Shown here piece after piece: positions 20,751 through 32,061 of a stretch of DNA of 64,000 nucleotides; positions within the stretch are counted from its first letter, which is position 1; each line of letters begins with the position of its first letter. Source of the stretch: Methanocaldococcus sp. 28A (lineage in GTDB: Archaea > AGJL01 > Methanococci > Methanococcales > Methanocaldococcaceae); assembly GCA_049852185.1 (NCBI GenBank), contig CP187540.1. One strand, 5' to 3'. Below the pieces are notes generated by a model that saw only the letters and a program-made list of their open reading frames with translations, was not told the DNA's origin and ran no database searches. Both the position numbers and the translations under genes were made by a program.

Positions 20751-21232
20751 GAAAGTGCTACATAATTTTGTTGGTATTTTTACTTTTGAATAGTATTTTT
20801 GGTTATTATTTGGGATATATAAAGATAAATGAAGAATCTCCTACCTATAAAGAAGAATTTGATATAAATAAACTTGTAAATTATACTTACAAACTTTATT
20901 TTATTCATTATGGAAATATAAAAGAGAATATGCAAGTAAATATTTATTTAAATGAGAAATTAGTTTATAAGATTGATGATTCTATTGATGGTTCAGGAAA
21001 TTATAAAAAAGAGGCTGTTATAGATATAAGAGATTATTTAAAAGATGGAAAAAATGTTTTAAAGGTTGAGGGTATAAATTTAAAAGGAAATGAAACTTAT
21101 CACCCTTATTATGTGTTAGATGAGGTTTATATAAATGAACCAACAAAAAGTCCTATAAGTTTTGGAAGTGTTTTTTTAACTTTAATTTTGATAGGTCTTA
21201 TTATCTTCTATTATGAAAAAAAAGAACAATGA
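20747..21232 (+). CDS. Hypothetical exported/membrane-anchored protein
   Basis: N-terminal signal-like helix, beta-rich core (LKDGKNVLKVEG), C-terminal TM plus basic tail; ATGA overlap with upstream gene. Confidence 0.7.
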   Translation: MRKCYIILLVFLLLNSIFGYYLGYIKINEESPTYKEEFDINKLVNYTYKLYFIHYGNIKENMQVNIYLNEKLVYKIDDSIDGSGNYKKEAVIDIRDYLKDGKNVLKVEGINLKGNETYHPYYVLDEVYINEPTKSPISFGSVFLTLILIGLIIFYYEKKEQ

Positions 21233-21388
21233 GTTATAGTTGTGTTTTAGAATTTGTTATTAATTTAGAAGTAATGGATTGAGACCTTTACAATTTATAG
21301 TTGTGAGCAAAATAAAATAAACTTTTATAGGGTCAGATACTTTTGCACAAATCAATAAGTGCTACTTAGTTGTTAGAATTGTGAGAAT

Positions 21389-22687
21389 ATGACTTTGATT
21401 GATGAGTTATTTAAAAAAGTTAAAAGCTTTATTAGTAATGAAAATCAAAGTTTAAAAATAAGATTAATAAAAAATGCCGGTTGGTTATTTAGTGCTGAAA
21501 TTATATCAAAAATCTTAGCCTATGGTGTAATTGTTATTTTAAGTAGGACTTTAGGCCCAGTAGGTCTTGGGCAATATTCTTTTATATTCTATTATGTAGG
21601 TTTGTTGGGAATATTTTCAGATTTAGGAGTTAGTTATTACTTTATGAGAGAAATTGCGAGAGATAAGGATAAATTAAATTTACTTCCTGATGTTTTAGGA
21701 TTTAAAATAGTCCTTGCATTAATTAATTTTTTAATAATTGTTATTATTACAATGTTCTTACCAAAACCTTTGTGGATTAAGGAACTTATAATTTTGGCTG
21801 GGGCTGAAGCTATTCTGATGTATATAGCATATCTTTTTGTTAATATTATGTATGCACATGGTGTAACTAAATATGATGCAATTGCAAAAACTGTAGAGAG
21901 ATTTTGGGCTTTTTTTATTGGTGGTCTAATTTTATATATTTCAAAGTCGTTATCACCATTTATATTAGCTCTTTTAATTGGATATAGCATAAGAGAATAC
22001 TTAAGAATAAAGTGGGGCCGCAAATTTATTGACAAAATTAAAATTAGATTTAAACCTAAAATATGGATTTCTCTATTAAAAAATTCTTATCCCTTTTGGC
22101 TTATTGGTTTATTCACATTGATATACTATAGGACAGACATGGTTATGCTCAACTTAATGTGTGGAGATTATGAAACTGGAATATATAGAGCGGCATTTAC
22201 ATTAATAGAAGTTTCTTTATTTATCTCAAATATTATTGTAGCTACAACGATGCCTTCAATGGCAAAACTATGGAAAGAGGATAAAAATACACTAAATATA
22301 CTATTCAAAAAATGTTTTCAAATTCTTTTAGGATTAGGTATTTTTGGATTAATTGGTTATTACGTATTTGCTTACTTTGGAATACATTTAGTATTTGGTA
22401 ATAAGTTTATTTCAAGTGTTAATATTTTAAAAATTTTGGGATTTGCATTACCATTTATGTTTTTAAATTCCTTATTTGGAAGTTTTATGAATGCTACTGG
22501 AAAAGAACTTATATTTACTAAAATAACTGGATTTACAGCTGTATTAAATGTTATTTTTAACTATATTTTAATTTTAGAGTATGGTGCTATTGGAGCGGCA
22601 ATAGCAACTGTTATAAGTCAAAGTATGGCAAGTTTTTTAAGTTGGATGTATATTAAGAAAGAGGCTGTCAAGATAAAAAATAAATAA
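21389..22687 (+). CDS. Oligosaccharide flippase (Wzx/AglR-like, MOP family)
   Basis: IKNAGWLF, SRTLGPVGLGQY, DLG, IYYRTDMVML, GIYRAA, YGAIGAAIAT. Confidence 0.9.
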   Translation: MTLIDELFKKVKSFISNENQSLKIRLIKNAGWLFSAEIISKILAYGVIVILSRTLGPVGLGQYSFIFYYVGLLGIFSDLGVSYYFMREIARDKDKLNLLPDVLGFKIVLALINFLIIVIITMFLPKPLWIKELIILAGAEAILMYIAYLFVNIMYAHGVTKYDAIAKTVERFWAFFIGGLILYISKSLSPFILALLIGYSIREYLRIKWGRKFIDKIKIRFKPKIWISLLKNSYPFWLIGLFTLIYYRTDMVMLNLMCGDYETGIYRAAFTLIEVSLFISNIIVATTMPSMAKLWKEDKNTLNILFKKCFQILLGLGIFGLIGYYVFAYFGIHLVFGNKFISSVNILKILGFALPFMFLNSLFGSFMNATGKELIFTKITGFTAVLNVIFNYILILEYGAIGAAIATVISQSMASFLSWMYIKKEAVKIKNK

Positions 22688-22719
22688 GTAAGTGTAAATA
22701 AAAGATGATATGAAACTAA

Positions 22720-23200
22720 CTTGAGAGAAATAAGAAATCGATAGAAATTAAAATTTTAGCAGAAAATTTTGTATTATTTAGGATTATCGTTAAGAAAGGT
22801 AAGTTTGTTTCTTTCACAGTTTGAGAGCATAAGTCATGAATCGGGTAGGACATAATATCACAAGATTAAGAAGATTTTAAACGAGCCTAAAAGAAAGACA
22901 AGAAATCTAATAGCAATCGATGAAACTAAACTAACGTTTGGAAATGAAACTATTTATGTATGGTCTGCTATCGATTGGTGTCTAAAGAATGTTTAGGTAT
23001 CTATGTCTCTGAAAATTGTATTAAAAGTTTCTTCTCTTTACTTAAAAAAAGAACTAAATCTTTCTATAATCGATTCTCTAATAATACTAAATTCTAAACC
23101 ACCCTTAACTGGCTTGAATCTTTCTCCATCCTATACAATTAGCTCTTATCTATATCTTGACAATATTAAACTAAAGGTATTGATTATAAACCAGAAAAAT
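22720..23200. mobile_element. Degraded IS6-family transposase fragments
   Basis: Plus strand [11 protein letters not shown]...ISHES...IAIDETKL...IYVWSAID with stops; minus strand 23010-23170 gives an [11 protein letters not shown]-terminal-like fragment. Confidence 0.75.
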
Positions 23201-23286
23201 CAGTCCCTTGGCGATATTAGAAAAAAGAAAAATTTACTGAACTAATTATATGAAAAAGTTATGAATTGAGATATTATATATAATTA

Positions 23287-24444
23287 ATGAATGGGGATAT
23301 AATGAATATACTAATTGTCACAGAATATTTTCCCTCATCAGAAAAATGTAATGTAAAGGGGGGTGTTGAAGCCCGAGCATTCTATATGGCAAAAAATCTT
23401 GCAGAAAATCATAATGTATATATAATAACATCTTGGGAAAAAGGGCTACCACAAAAAGATGAAATTTGTGGAATTAATGTAATAAGATGTGGAAAACAAA
23501 GGAAATATAGTCAATGTGGAAGTTTTACCGAAAGGCTAATTTTTATGAAAGAGGCCGTAAAAATTGGAAAAAAATTAGCTGTTGATATTGTAGATGGGTA
23601 TAATTTTATTACTTATCCTGTAGCGTATAAGATATCAGAAAAATTAGGTATTCCAAGAATATCTACATATCATGATGTTTGGCTTGGTGGAGGGTGGATA
23701 AAAAACATAGGATTTTTTGGAATATTTGGTGAAATTTTAGAGAGATACGTTCTTTCAAAAAGATGGAACAAGTTTATTGCAGTAAGCAAATACACAAGGG
23801 AAAAATTAATAAGTGCAGGAATTGATGGGAACAATATAGAAATAGTTTATAATGGAGTTAATTTAGAAGAATATCAAAAAATAAAAGTCTCTAAGGAAAA
23901 AAATACCTTATGTTATGTGGGAAGATTGGTTAAATATAAAAAAGTTGATGATTTGATTAAGTCAGTAAATATTATTAAAACTGATTTTCCAGATATCAAA
24001 TTGAAAATTATTGGTACTGGTCCAGAAAGAGGAAACTTGGAAAAAATGGTTAAAAGTTTGCATTTAGAAGATAATATTGAATTTTTAGGATTTGTTGAGA
24101 AACATGAAGATGTTATAAAACATATTAAGTCCTCAACTATTTTCTCACTACCAAGTATTGTTGAAGGTTTTGGAATGGTAACTATAGAGAGTGTTGCATC
24201 TGAAACACCTTATGTAAATTCAGCCATTCCACCAACTATTGAAATTACTGAAAATGGAAAAGGCGGGTTGTTATTTGAACCTGAAAATGTTAATGATTTA
24301 ACCACTAAAATTAAAATGTTCTTAGAAGATAAAGATTTGTACTCTAAAAAACAAAAAGAATGCTTAGAATTGTCTAAAAAATATAATTGGAAAAAATTAG
24401 CTAAAAAAGTGGAGAGTATATATTTAGATGTTTTAAGAGTATGA
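23287..24444 (+). CDS. Glycosyltransferase family 4
   Basis: GGVE, VYNGV, YVGRLVKYK, EGFGMVTIE (EX7E). Confidence 0.92.
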   Translation: MNGDIMNILIVTEYFPSSEKCNVKGGVEARAFYMAKNLAENHNVYIITSWEKGLPQKDEICGINVIRCGKQRKYSQCGSFTERLIFMKEAVKIGKKLAVDIVDGYNFITYPVAYKISEKLGIPRISTYHDVWLGGGWIKNIGFFGIFGEILERYVLSKRWNKFIAVSKYTREKLISAGIDGNNIEIVYNGVNLEEYQKIKVSKEKNTLCYVGRLVKYKKVDDLIKSVNIIKTDFPDIKLKIIGTGPERGNLEKMVKSLHLEDNIEFLGFVEKHEDVIKHIKSSTIFSLPSIVEGFGMVTIESVASETPYVNSAIPPTIEITENGKGGLLFEPENVNDLTTKIKMFLEDKDLYSKKQKECLELSKKYNWKKLAKKVESIYLDVLRV

Positions 24445-24548
24445 AAAATAATTTAGTAGTAATACAATCGATAATAAACAATTTAAGATACATTTATCTG
24501 AATTCCTCACCTCCCTAAAGCAGCGTTTCTTAGCAACAATTTAGGGTA

Positions 24549-25595
24549 ATGGTGGAAAAAATGAAAATTTTATTATTTAAGATTGGAGCTATAGGAGACA
24601 CTTTAATGACTACACCTTTAATAAGGCAATTAAGAAAAAATTTTAAAGAAGCCACGATTGATTATTTAATTGGAAAACAGTCTTATGGGGTTTTAGATGG
24701 AAACGAACATTTAGATAATATAATTAAATTTGATGAAAAAATATTTTTTGAAAGAGACTTTAAAGAATGGATAAGATTGATTTTTAAAATTAGAAAAAGA
24801 AATTATGATGTAATTTTTGTGCTGGATAAACATTGGATTTTTAATTTAACTGCTTTTTTGTTTGGAATTAAAAAAAGAATAGGATTTAATAGGTTTGGAG
24901 AGGGAAAATTTTTAACTTATAAGGTTTCTTATTTTGGAAGAAAACATGAAATTTTTTATTATTTAGATTTACTAAGAGGGTTAAATATTGAGCCAAATTA
25001 TGAAGATTGGGAAATGGAAATATTTTTACGTGAAAAAGATTTAAACTTTGCAGAAACTTTTTGGAATGAGAATAATTTAAATGGTAAAGTTGTCGTAGGA
25101 ATATGTCCCGGTGGAGCAAGAAATATTGGAGTTGGGGATGATGAGTTAAGAAGATGGAATACTAAAAAATATATAGAACTAATAAAAAAATTAAAAGAAA
25201 TTGATTTTGAAGTTTTATTAATTGGGGGAAAAACAGACAAAGAAATTGAAAAAACAATACTAAATGACGTTAAATGTATCTCTACTATAGGAAAAACATC
25301 CTTAAAAGAAAGTGCTGCTTTATTAAAAAAATGTGATATTGTCGTTTGTAATGATTCTGGACCAATGCATTTAGCGGCAGCTGTTAATAGAAAAGTTATT
25401 AGCATATTTGGTCCAACACATCCATCTGAAAAGGCACCGTTGCATAAAGAGAGCATTTATTTATGGAAACAAGTCGGTTGTAATCCATGCTATGATTTGT
25501 GGGGTAGATTTCCTAAGACATGTCCTTATAAAACAAAATGTATGAGTTGTATAGATATTGAAGATGTTATAGCTGGCATTTATAAATTGTTATAA
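24549..25595 (+). CDS. Glycosyltransferase family 9 (heptosyltransferase-like)
   Basis: AIGDTLMTTP, CPGGA...RRW, NDSGPMHLAAA, IFGPT signature. Confidence 0.93.
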   Translation: MVEKMKILLFKIGAIGDTLMTTPLIRQLRKNFKEATIDYLIGKQSYGVLDGNEHLDNIIKFDEKIFFERDFKEWIRLIFKIRKRNYDVIFVLDKHWIFNLTAFLFGIKKRIGFNRFGEGKFLTYKVSYFGRKHEIFYYLDLLRGLNIEPNYEDWEMEIFLREKDLNFAETFWNENNLNGKVVVGICPGGARNIGVGDDELRRWNTKKYIELIKKLKEIDFEVLLIGGKTDKEIEKTILNDVKCISTIGKTSLKESAALLKKCDIVVCNDSGPMHLAAAVNRKVISIFGPTHPSEKAPLHKESIYLWKQVGCNPCYDLWGRFPKTCPYKTKCMSCIDIEDVIAGIYKLL

Positions 25596-25621
25596 TTATT
25601 ACATAATACTATTAAAAACTG

Positions 25622-26554
25622 GTGAAAATAATGAAAGCGTTGGTAACTGGAGGAGCTGGATTTATAGGCTCTAACTTAGCATTAGAATTACAAGATAAAG
25701 GATATGAAGTTATAGTTTTAGATGATTTTTCAAGTGGGTATTTTAAGAATCTCTTAGGATTTGAGGGGGATATAGTTTCTGAGAGTATATTGGATGTTGA
25801 TTTAGATAGATTTAAAGATGTTGATGTTATTTTTCATGAGGCAGCTATAACCGATACAACACTTCAAGACCAAAAACTAATGATGCAAGTTAATACAGAA
25901 GGTTTTAGAAGGTTTTTAGACTTTTCTGTAGAGAATAATATAAAGTTTATATATGCTTCTTCTGCTGCTACCTATGGTAATGCCCCTGCACCACAAAGAG
26001 AGGATGATGCAGGAAAACCAAATAATATATATGGATTTTCAAAATGGATATGTGACTGTATAGCGAAAAAATATATGAAAGAATATCCTGATTCCCACAT
26101 TGTTGGTTTAAGATATTTCAATGTTTTTGGACCAAGAGAGCAGTATAAAGGAAAAATGGCTTCAATGGTTTGGAAGTTAGCAAAACAGATGGTTGAAGGG
26201 AAGAATCCAAGAATATTTAAATGGGGAGAACAAAAAAGAGACCAAGTTTATGTTAAAGATGTCATAAGGGCTAATTTATTGGCTATTAATGCTAAAGAAA
26301 ATTGTATTGTTAATGTGGGTAGTGGTAGAGCTATAAGTTTTAACTATATAATAAAAGTTTTAAACGATGTTTTAGGAGTTGATTATAAGCCAGAATATAT
26401 TGATAATCCCTATAAAGAGTTTTATCAAGAACATACTGAGGCTGATTTAACCAACGCTAAAAAATATTTGGGTTATGAGCCTGTTTGGACTTTTGAAGAT
26501 GCCGTAAAAGATTACATTAAATGGTTGAAAGATAATGGTTATTTAAGATTATAG
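25622..26554 (+). CDS. hldD: ADP-L-glycero-D-manno-heptose 6-epimerase
   Basis: TGGAGFIGSNL, YASSAATYG, YGFSK, GLRYFNVFGPREQYKGKMASM, YQEHTEADL. Confidence 0.9.
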   Translation: MKIMKALVTGGAGFIGSNLALELQDKGYEVIVLDDFSSGYFKNLLGFEGDIVSESILDVDLDRFKDVDVIFHEAAITDTTLQDQKLMMQVNTEGFRRFLDFSVENNIKFIYASSAATYGNAPAPQREDDAGKPNNIYGFSKWICDCIAKKYMKEYPDSHIVGLRYFNVFGPREQYKGKMASMVWKLAKQMVEGKNPRIFKWGEQKRDQVYVKDVIRANLLAINAKENCIVNVGSGRAISFNYIIKVLNDVLGVDYKPEYIDNPYKEFYQEHTEADLTNAKKYLGYEPVWTFEDAVKDYIKWLKDNGYLRL

Positions 26555-27625
26555 GTGAATAAATTGATTAAAATTGAAAAAATTAAACATAAATTTATAG
26601 CTGGATGGATTATTAATAACAAATATTATTACAGAGTTGTAAATAAAAATATAGCTTTAGCTTTGTATTTTTTAGATAGTGTTTTTTCCCTAATATTTAA
26701 AAAAAGAAAATATCCTGAAAAAATTGAAAATATTTTAGTTATAAGATTAGAACAAATAGGGGATGTAATATTAACTACATCATTTTTTAGAGAATTAAAA
26801 AAGAATTATCGTGAAGCAAAAATAACTGTCTTATGTAGAGATGTTACTAAAGATTTGTTTAAATTGATACCTTGGGTTGATGAAATTGTTGTTCTAAATA
26901 CTCCTTGGTTAAGTAGAAATGATTCTGATGGGTATTTGAATGTTTTAAAATTTATAATGAAAAATTATAAAAAATATGATTTAGTCTTTGATTTGCATCC
27001 TGATCCAAGAAATTTAATTATATCAAAATTTGTTGGGAAATATACTGTTGCATATGATATTAAAGGATTTAAATTTTTAATTGATAAACCAATCAATTGG
27101 AATTTTAAAAAAGTGGAACATATCGTTGATAGGTATATAAATATTCTAAAAGAACTAGGTTTAACAGTCGAAGATTATAATTTAGAAATTATATTAGATG
27201 ATAATATTATGCATAATGTAAAGAAAAAATTAAACAAGATTTGTAATTTAAATGGAAACAAAAAACTAATATTGATTCATCCTTTAAGTGGAAGATTAGA
27301 GAAAAATATTAGCTGGGAAAAATGGAAAGATATAATAAGAAATGAATTAGTAAATGAAAAAAATATTATATTTATAGGTGGTTCGAAACAAGATAAGTCA
27401 ATAATAGATAAAAACTTAAAAGATGTTTTAGACGACAACAGAGTTTATAACATTGCTGGGGTGTTTAATTTATTGGAATATATACATTTTATAAGTTTGG
27501 TAGATTATATATATTCTGTTGATACTTTTGTAGTTCATGTATCTTCAGCATTAAAAAAGAGAATAAAAACTTTTTATATAGCTACAAATGAAGAGGAATG
27601 GGGTTATTATCAAAATAAACATTGA
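26555..27625 (+). CDS. Glycosyltransferase family 9 (second heptosyltransferase-like gene)
   Basis: IRLEQIGDVILTT, IHPLS...K, SVDTFVVHVSSAL. Confidence 0.85.
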   Translation: MNKLIKIEKIKHKFIAGWIINNKYYYRVVNKNIALALYFLDSVFSLIFKKRKYPEKIENILVIRLEQIGDVILTTSFFRELKKNYREAKITVLCRDVTKDLFKLIPWVDEIVVLNTPWLSRNDSDGYLNVLKFIMKNYKKYDLVFDLHPDPRNLIISKFVGKYTVAYDIKGFKFLIDKPINWNFKKVEHIVDRYINILKELGLTVEDYNLEIILDDNIMHNVKKKLNKICNLNGNKKLILIHPLSGRLEKNISWEKWKDIIRNELVNEKNIIFIGGSKQDKSIIDKNLKDVLDDNRVYNIAGVFNLLEYIHFISLVDYIYSVDTFVVHVSSALKKRIKTFYIATNEEEWGYYQNKH

Positions 27626-27647
27626 AGTAATTGTATAAGGGGAAAAT

Positions 27648-28865
27648 ATGAAAGAAATAAAAGTATTGTATATAGGTAATTATGCCCCTTGGTTATACCA
27701 AAATTTTAAATATTATGAAGATTTTGAAATTGATTTCTATGTTTTACCAATAGAGGGAAAAAATTTTATACAAAAATATAGTTTAAAGCATTTTTCAGGG
27801 TATAAAATAAAGGATATTATTAAATCACGTATTCTAATTAATTTTTTAAATTACTTTTTTTCAATTGGTAATAAAATCCTAAATTTAGAAAAAATTTTAA
27901 GAAAAGGAAATTTTAATATTGTCCATGTATTAGAACCATATTCTCCATATAGCGTAGATGTAATTAAACTATCTAAAGAGTATGGTTATAAAACAATAGT
28001 AGAGACTTGGGAAAATCTACCTCATAATTGGGAATATTTCTCATACCTTGGAACTCCATTTTCATTATTTAAATTAGAAAGAATTAGTCACAAAAAAAAT
28101 AAGACATATTCATTAACTAATTGTGATATTATTTTAGCTAAATCAAAAACAGTTGAAAATGCTTTAATTTTAGAAGGTTGGGATAAAAATAAAATTAAAA
28201 CAATATATTATGGTGTAGATTCTAAAATATTTAAACCTTACGAGAACAGAGAAAATTTAAGAAAATATTATTTCGATAAATTGAGAATAAAAAATGATAA
28301 TAAAAAGTTTATAATTCTAACTGTAGGTAGAATAGAATATGAAAAGGGATATATAGATATGTTTTGGGCAATAAAAAAAATAATAGATGAATATAAAGAT
28401 AAAATTGATATATATTGGTTAATTTTGGGCTCTGGAAACTTAAAAAAAGAATTAGTTAAACTATCTGAAATATTCAATATGAAAAAACATATAAAATTTT
28501 TAGGATTCTTAGATTATTTTAATTTGTCTGATTATTATAATTTAGCAGATATTTTTGTTTTAACTCCAAATCCCAATATACATTGGCTTGAGCAGTATGG
28601 ATTTGTTTATGTGGAATCACAAATGTGTGGATTACCAGTAATATCTTCCCTAACTGGTGAAATCCCAAATGTTGTTAAAAATAAAGAAACAGGGTTCTTA
28701 GTAAAACCAAGGGATTCTTTTGAAATATATTGTAGGATAAAAGAATTAATTGAAAATGAAGATTTAAAAGAAAAAATGAAAAAAAACGCAAGAAAATGGT
28801 CATTAAATTTTGATGCTGAAAAGACAGCAAAAAATCATGTTAAGTTGTATAAGTCAATATTATAA
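27648..28865 (+). CDS. Glycosyltransferase family 4
   Basis: YGVD, TVGRIEYEKG, EQYGFVYVESQMCGLPVI. Confidence 0.9.
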   Translation: MKEIKVLYIGNYAPWLYQNFKYYEDFEIDFYVLPIEGKNFIQKYSLKHFSGYKIKDIIKSRILINFLNYFFSIGNKILNLEKILRKGNFNIVHVLEPYSPYSVDVIKLSKEYGYKTIVETWENLPHNWEYFSYLGTPFSLFKLERISHKKNKTYSLTNCDIILAKSKTVENALILEGWDKNKIKTIYYGVDSKIFKPYENRENLRKYYFDKLRIKNDNKKFIILTVGRIEYEKGYIDMFWAIKKIIDEYKDKIDIYWLILGSGNLKKELVKLSEIFNMKKHIKFLGFLDYFNLSDYYNLADIFVLTPNPNIHWLEQYGFVYVESQMCGLPVISSLTGEIPNVVKNKETGFLVKPRDSFEIYCRIKELIENEDLKEKMKKNARKWSLNFDAEKTAKNHVKLYKSIL

Positions 28866-29891
28866 TAATCCTTTTTCTTTTAAAATTTTTAGGTTTTCTT
28901 TAGGAATATCGAATCTAAGGAATTTCCAAAGTTTGTATGACATTGGATTTCGTTGTATTTTATGTGTGAAAATTAACTTAATAGCATCTTTTAATCCTTT
29001 TAAAAATTCAAAATACATACATAAAAAAGAAATTTTTAGTTCTTTCTGTTTTAAATTTCTATATGATATCATACTCTGAATAGTTAGCCAATTTATAGTG
29101 TAAAACAAAAATAAAATTATTGGGAAATTTTTATATAACATTAAAATTTGATTTTTTGTCATTTGATATTCTTTCCATAAGTTATTTCTCATTTTAGGTG
29201 TTTCATTATGTCTTATTATAATCCATGGATTTAAAAGGACTTTATAATTATTAATCCAAAGTCTAATTGATAAATCTATGTCTTCAACATATACAAACAT
29301 ATTTTCATCAAAACCTTTTATTTTTTCAAAAGATTCTCTTTTAATCAAAACACCACATGTAGCAAAATGATTTAAATAAAAATATATTGAATGTAGTTTT
29401 AACAATTCTATGCTATTTACAAGATCATAATACTTTTTTGTTTTTGAATCTAGTTCGTAGACTGCATATTCATAACCTATTCTTTTTCCATTTTTGTATA
29501 TGGGATATTCAGTCGCATATCTGATAGCACCAATATCTCTATTTTCTTTCAATAATTTAATATCTTTCTCTATAATATTTTTTAAAATATCTTCATTTTG
29601 TAAATAATTATCATCGTCTAAAAAGAGAATATAATCTCCACATGAATTTTTAAAACCGATATTTCTACCTTTTGAAGCTCCAACATTTTTATCATTTTTT
29701 ATGTATTTAATATTTAGATTTTTTTCATAAATTTTTATTAAATCTATAATATCCTCACCATTATTTACAATAATTATTTCAAATAAGTCTTTATTAACAT
29801 TTTTTTGATTAGTAATACTATCTAATAAGTTTTTTAGGTCTTCTCTTCTATTGTTTGTTACAATAACTATAGACAATAATTTTTGAGACAT
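28860..29891 (-). CDS. Glycosyltransferase family 2
   Basis: SIVIVT.NR, NVGASKGRNIG, FLDDD, GFDENMFVYVEDIDL. Confidence 0.92.
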   Translation of the reverse strand: MSQKLLSIVIVTNNRREDLKNLLDSITNQKNVNKDLFEIIIVNNGEDIIDLIKIYEKNLNIKYIKNDKNVGASKGRNIGFKNSCGDYILFLDDDNYLQNEDILKNIIEKDIKLLKENRDIGAIRYATEYPIYKNGKRIGYEYAVYELDSKTKKYYDLVNSIELLKLHSIYFYLNHFATCGVLIKRESFEKIKGFDENMFVYVEDIDLSIRLWINNYKVLLNPWIIIRHNETPKMRNNLWKEYQMTKNQILMLYKNFPIILFLFYTINWLTIQSMISYRNLKQKELKISFLCMYFEFLKGLKDAIKLIFTHKIQRNPMSYKLWKFLRFDIPKENLKILKEKGLL

Positions 29892-29902
29892 TTATCCCAC
29901 CG

Positions 29903-30838
29903 TTATACTCTCAACCAGTGACTTAAGTCTCTATTTGTAAATTCAGCTAAAGATAATATATCATCTTTGTATAAATTTACTAAATACTTTCTAGTTTCTT
30001 TTTTAATTTCTGGCTTTTTTCCACCTTTTTTATATGCTAAATTTACATATACTTTTTGATAAATTCTACCCAATTTTAGTTTTCTCGTAATATTATAGAG
30101 CTGTGGAAACTTGCTTATATTTTTTAAATAAAATATTTCAAATGTGTTAAATATTGAGTACCATATAGATTCAGGATTTGGACAAACGCTTGCATTTTCT
30201 TTTTTTCTTAAAGATTTTGGTATATAATTATATGAACGAACTCCCAAAAATTTAAAAATATCTTTTAGCAATTTAGTGGGGTTATTTTTTATATCATCGT
30301 AGAAACATATAAAAATCTGGTTTTCATCAAATACAGATAACCATTTTTTTAAATGTTTATAATAAAAGCCTATATCTATATCCCAATCTGCAATTTTTAT
30401 ATAATCTTCAAATGTTATATATTCTAAATTTCTTAATTCTTTGAAATGCTTCCTTAAAACAAAGGAAGAAGGTAAAGAATATAGGTAACTTGAGTATAAT
30501 CTTTCTACTGGATTTCTAAATATTACAATTAATTTGATATCTGGAAAATGTTTTTTTATCCTTTTGTAGGCTAAAGGGTCAGAAAAATATGAAGGAGAAA
30601 ATTCACCTTTAATAGGCTTTGTGGTATTAAAATGAGCTGCATACCAATCTAATCCTTTTTTGTAGTTTTCTTCAAATTCAAATATTTCATTGTAATAATT
30701 CTTATTAAAAAAATGTATTTCTTTTTCATTGGGTATATATATTTCTGGATGTTCTGAAAGACATTTAGCTAACCATGTAGTCCCACATTTTGGGACACCT
30801 ATACCTATAAAATTTATAAATTTTTCCATATGTCCCAC
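29903..30838 (-). CDS. PAPS-dependent sulfotransferase
   Basis: 5'-PSB loop GVPKCGTTWL, KEIHFF, 3'-PB motif FRNPVERLYSSY. Confidence 0.92.
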   Translation of the reverse strand: MGHMEKFINFIGIGVPKCGTTWLAKCLSEHPEIYIPNEKEIHFFNKNYYNEIFEFEENYKKGLDWYAAHFNTTKPIKGEFSPSYFSDPLAYKRIKKHFPDIKLIVIFRNPVERLYSSYLYSLPSSFVLRKHFKELRNLEYITFEDYIKIADWDIDIGFYYKHLKKWLSVFDENQIFICFYDDIKNNPTKLLKDIFKFLGVRSYNYIPKSLRKKENASVCPNPESIWYSIFNTFEIFYLKNISKFPQLYNITRKLKLGRIYQKVYVNLAYKKGGKKPEIKKETRKYLVNLYKDDILSLAEFTNRDLSHWLRV

Positions 30839-30843
30839 CTATT

Positions 30844-31962
30844 TTATTGAAATTCATCTATTAAATTTATAAAATATTCGGCTAATTTTATATCAACAAA
30901 GTGCTTCTTGACGTGAATATTTCCATTTTTAGAAATTTTTTTCCATTTATTGTTTTCTAAGTATTCTATAATGAGATCTTCTATCTCCACAACATCTTTA
31001 TAAAATACAGCTGATTTACCATTTATGAAGTTATATGGAATTTCTATTATTGGTTTTTTTGTTAATAACATTGAATTTAGATAAGGAATTTCATAATATC
31101 TAAAAGTATCCACACCATAACCATAAGTGTTTATTGAAATTTTAGATGAAGCTATTACTTTTAGATATTCTCTAAAATTCAAAGAACCTTTATTTATATA
31201 ACAATTTATGCCATATTTTTTTTCAATATTTTTCAATATTTCAAAAATTACTTTTCTTTCTTTAGTGTTTGGAGTGGCAATAAAAGAGACGTCATATTTT
31301 TTTTGTTTAATATTTTTTAATTTAGGATAATATTCTATTAAATTTGAAACTCCCAAGGGTATAGGGTATACCTTTTTATTATTTATAAAACTTGGATATA
31401 AATACATATCATAAAACCAAACATAATTTTTTAATCCATTGATTAATGTTTTTAAATTATGATACACCATTGCAGGAAAGTGTTTTTTAATATATACGTA
31501 TGAGTCTATAGATTTTATCAATTTTTCTCTTTTAAAATATGCTACAACGTTTCTATTTGATATGATTTTTCTGATATATGGTAAATCATCTAAATCTATT
31601 ATAATTATATTTCTTTTATTGTTATTATTTAAGATATACTTTATAATATTCTCAGTATACCTGTGTAGCCATCCTATAATAATGTAATCATAATTATTAA
31701 GATTATGTTTAATTTTATCAATATTTGCAAAACTTTTATTGCTGTACTGTACTTTAAAATTTTTTTTATCTATGTATGGCTCAGGATATATATCAATAGA
31801 AGTACCAAAAAGTTTTTTTAAGCCAATATAAAGAGTATTTTTTAAATAATGTGAATGTAATAAACTTACAAATAATAATTTCATAATTTCCATCTCCTTC
31901 TTTATAATAAAAAATCTATTAAAAAATGTATTTTTTAGAATATGTATATAACATAGTTTCAA
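30844..31962 (-). CDS. GT-B glycosyltransferase (CgeB/Glyco_trans_1_2-like)
   Basis: YDVSFI, YLKVIASSKISIN..G.G.DTFRYYE; true start probably downstream (MEIMK). Confidence 0.7.
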   Translation of the reverse strand: MKLCYIHILKNTFFNRFFIIKKEMEIMKLLFVSLLHSHYLKNTLYIGLKKLFGTSIDIYPEPYIDKKNFKVQYSNKSFANIDKIKHNLNNYDYIIIGWLHRYTENIIKYILNNNNKRNIIIIDLDDLPYIRKIISNRNVVAYFKREKLIKSIDSYVYIKKHFPAMVYHNLKTLINGLKNYVWFYDMYLYPSFINNKKVYPIPLGVSNLIEYYPKLKNIKQKKYDVSFIATPNTKERKVIFEILKNIEKKYGINCYINKGSLNFREYLKVIASSKISINTYGYGVDTFRYYEIPYLNSMLLTKKPIIEIPYNFINGKSAVFYKDVVEIEDLIIEYLENNKWKKISKNGNIHVKKHFVDIKLAEYFINLIDEFQ

Positions 31963-32061
31963 ATATTGAATGAGAAGGATTTATTAATTTTAGAATCAAG
32001 ATAAGATGTTTAATGTTTTTAAAAATTTTCTAACCTCTTTAATCATACCTTCCGCCTACTT

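Noticed and set aside
23003-23245. 80-aa plus-strand ORF
   Set aside because: Overlaps IS6 debris; no RBS or motif
24501-24545. CCTCACCTCCCTAAAGCAGCGTTTCTT, weakly similar to the IS200/IS605 end at 11559-11585
   Set aside because: Hairpin is broken and similarity too short to support a call
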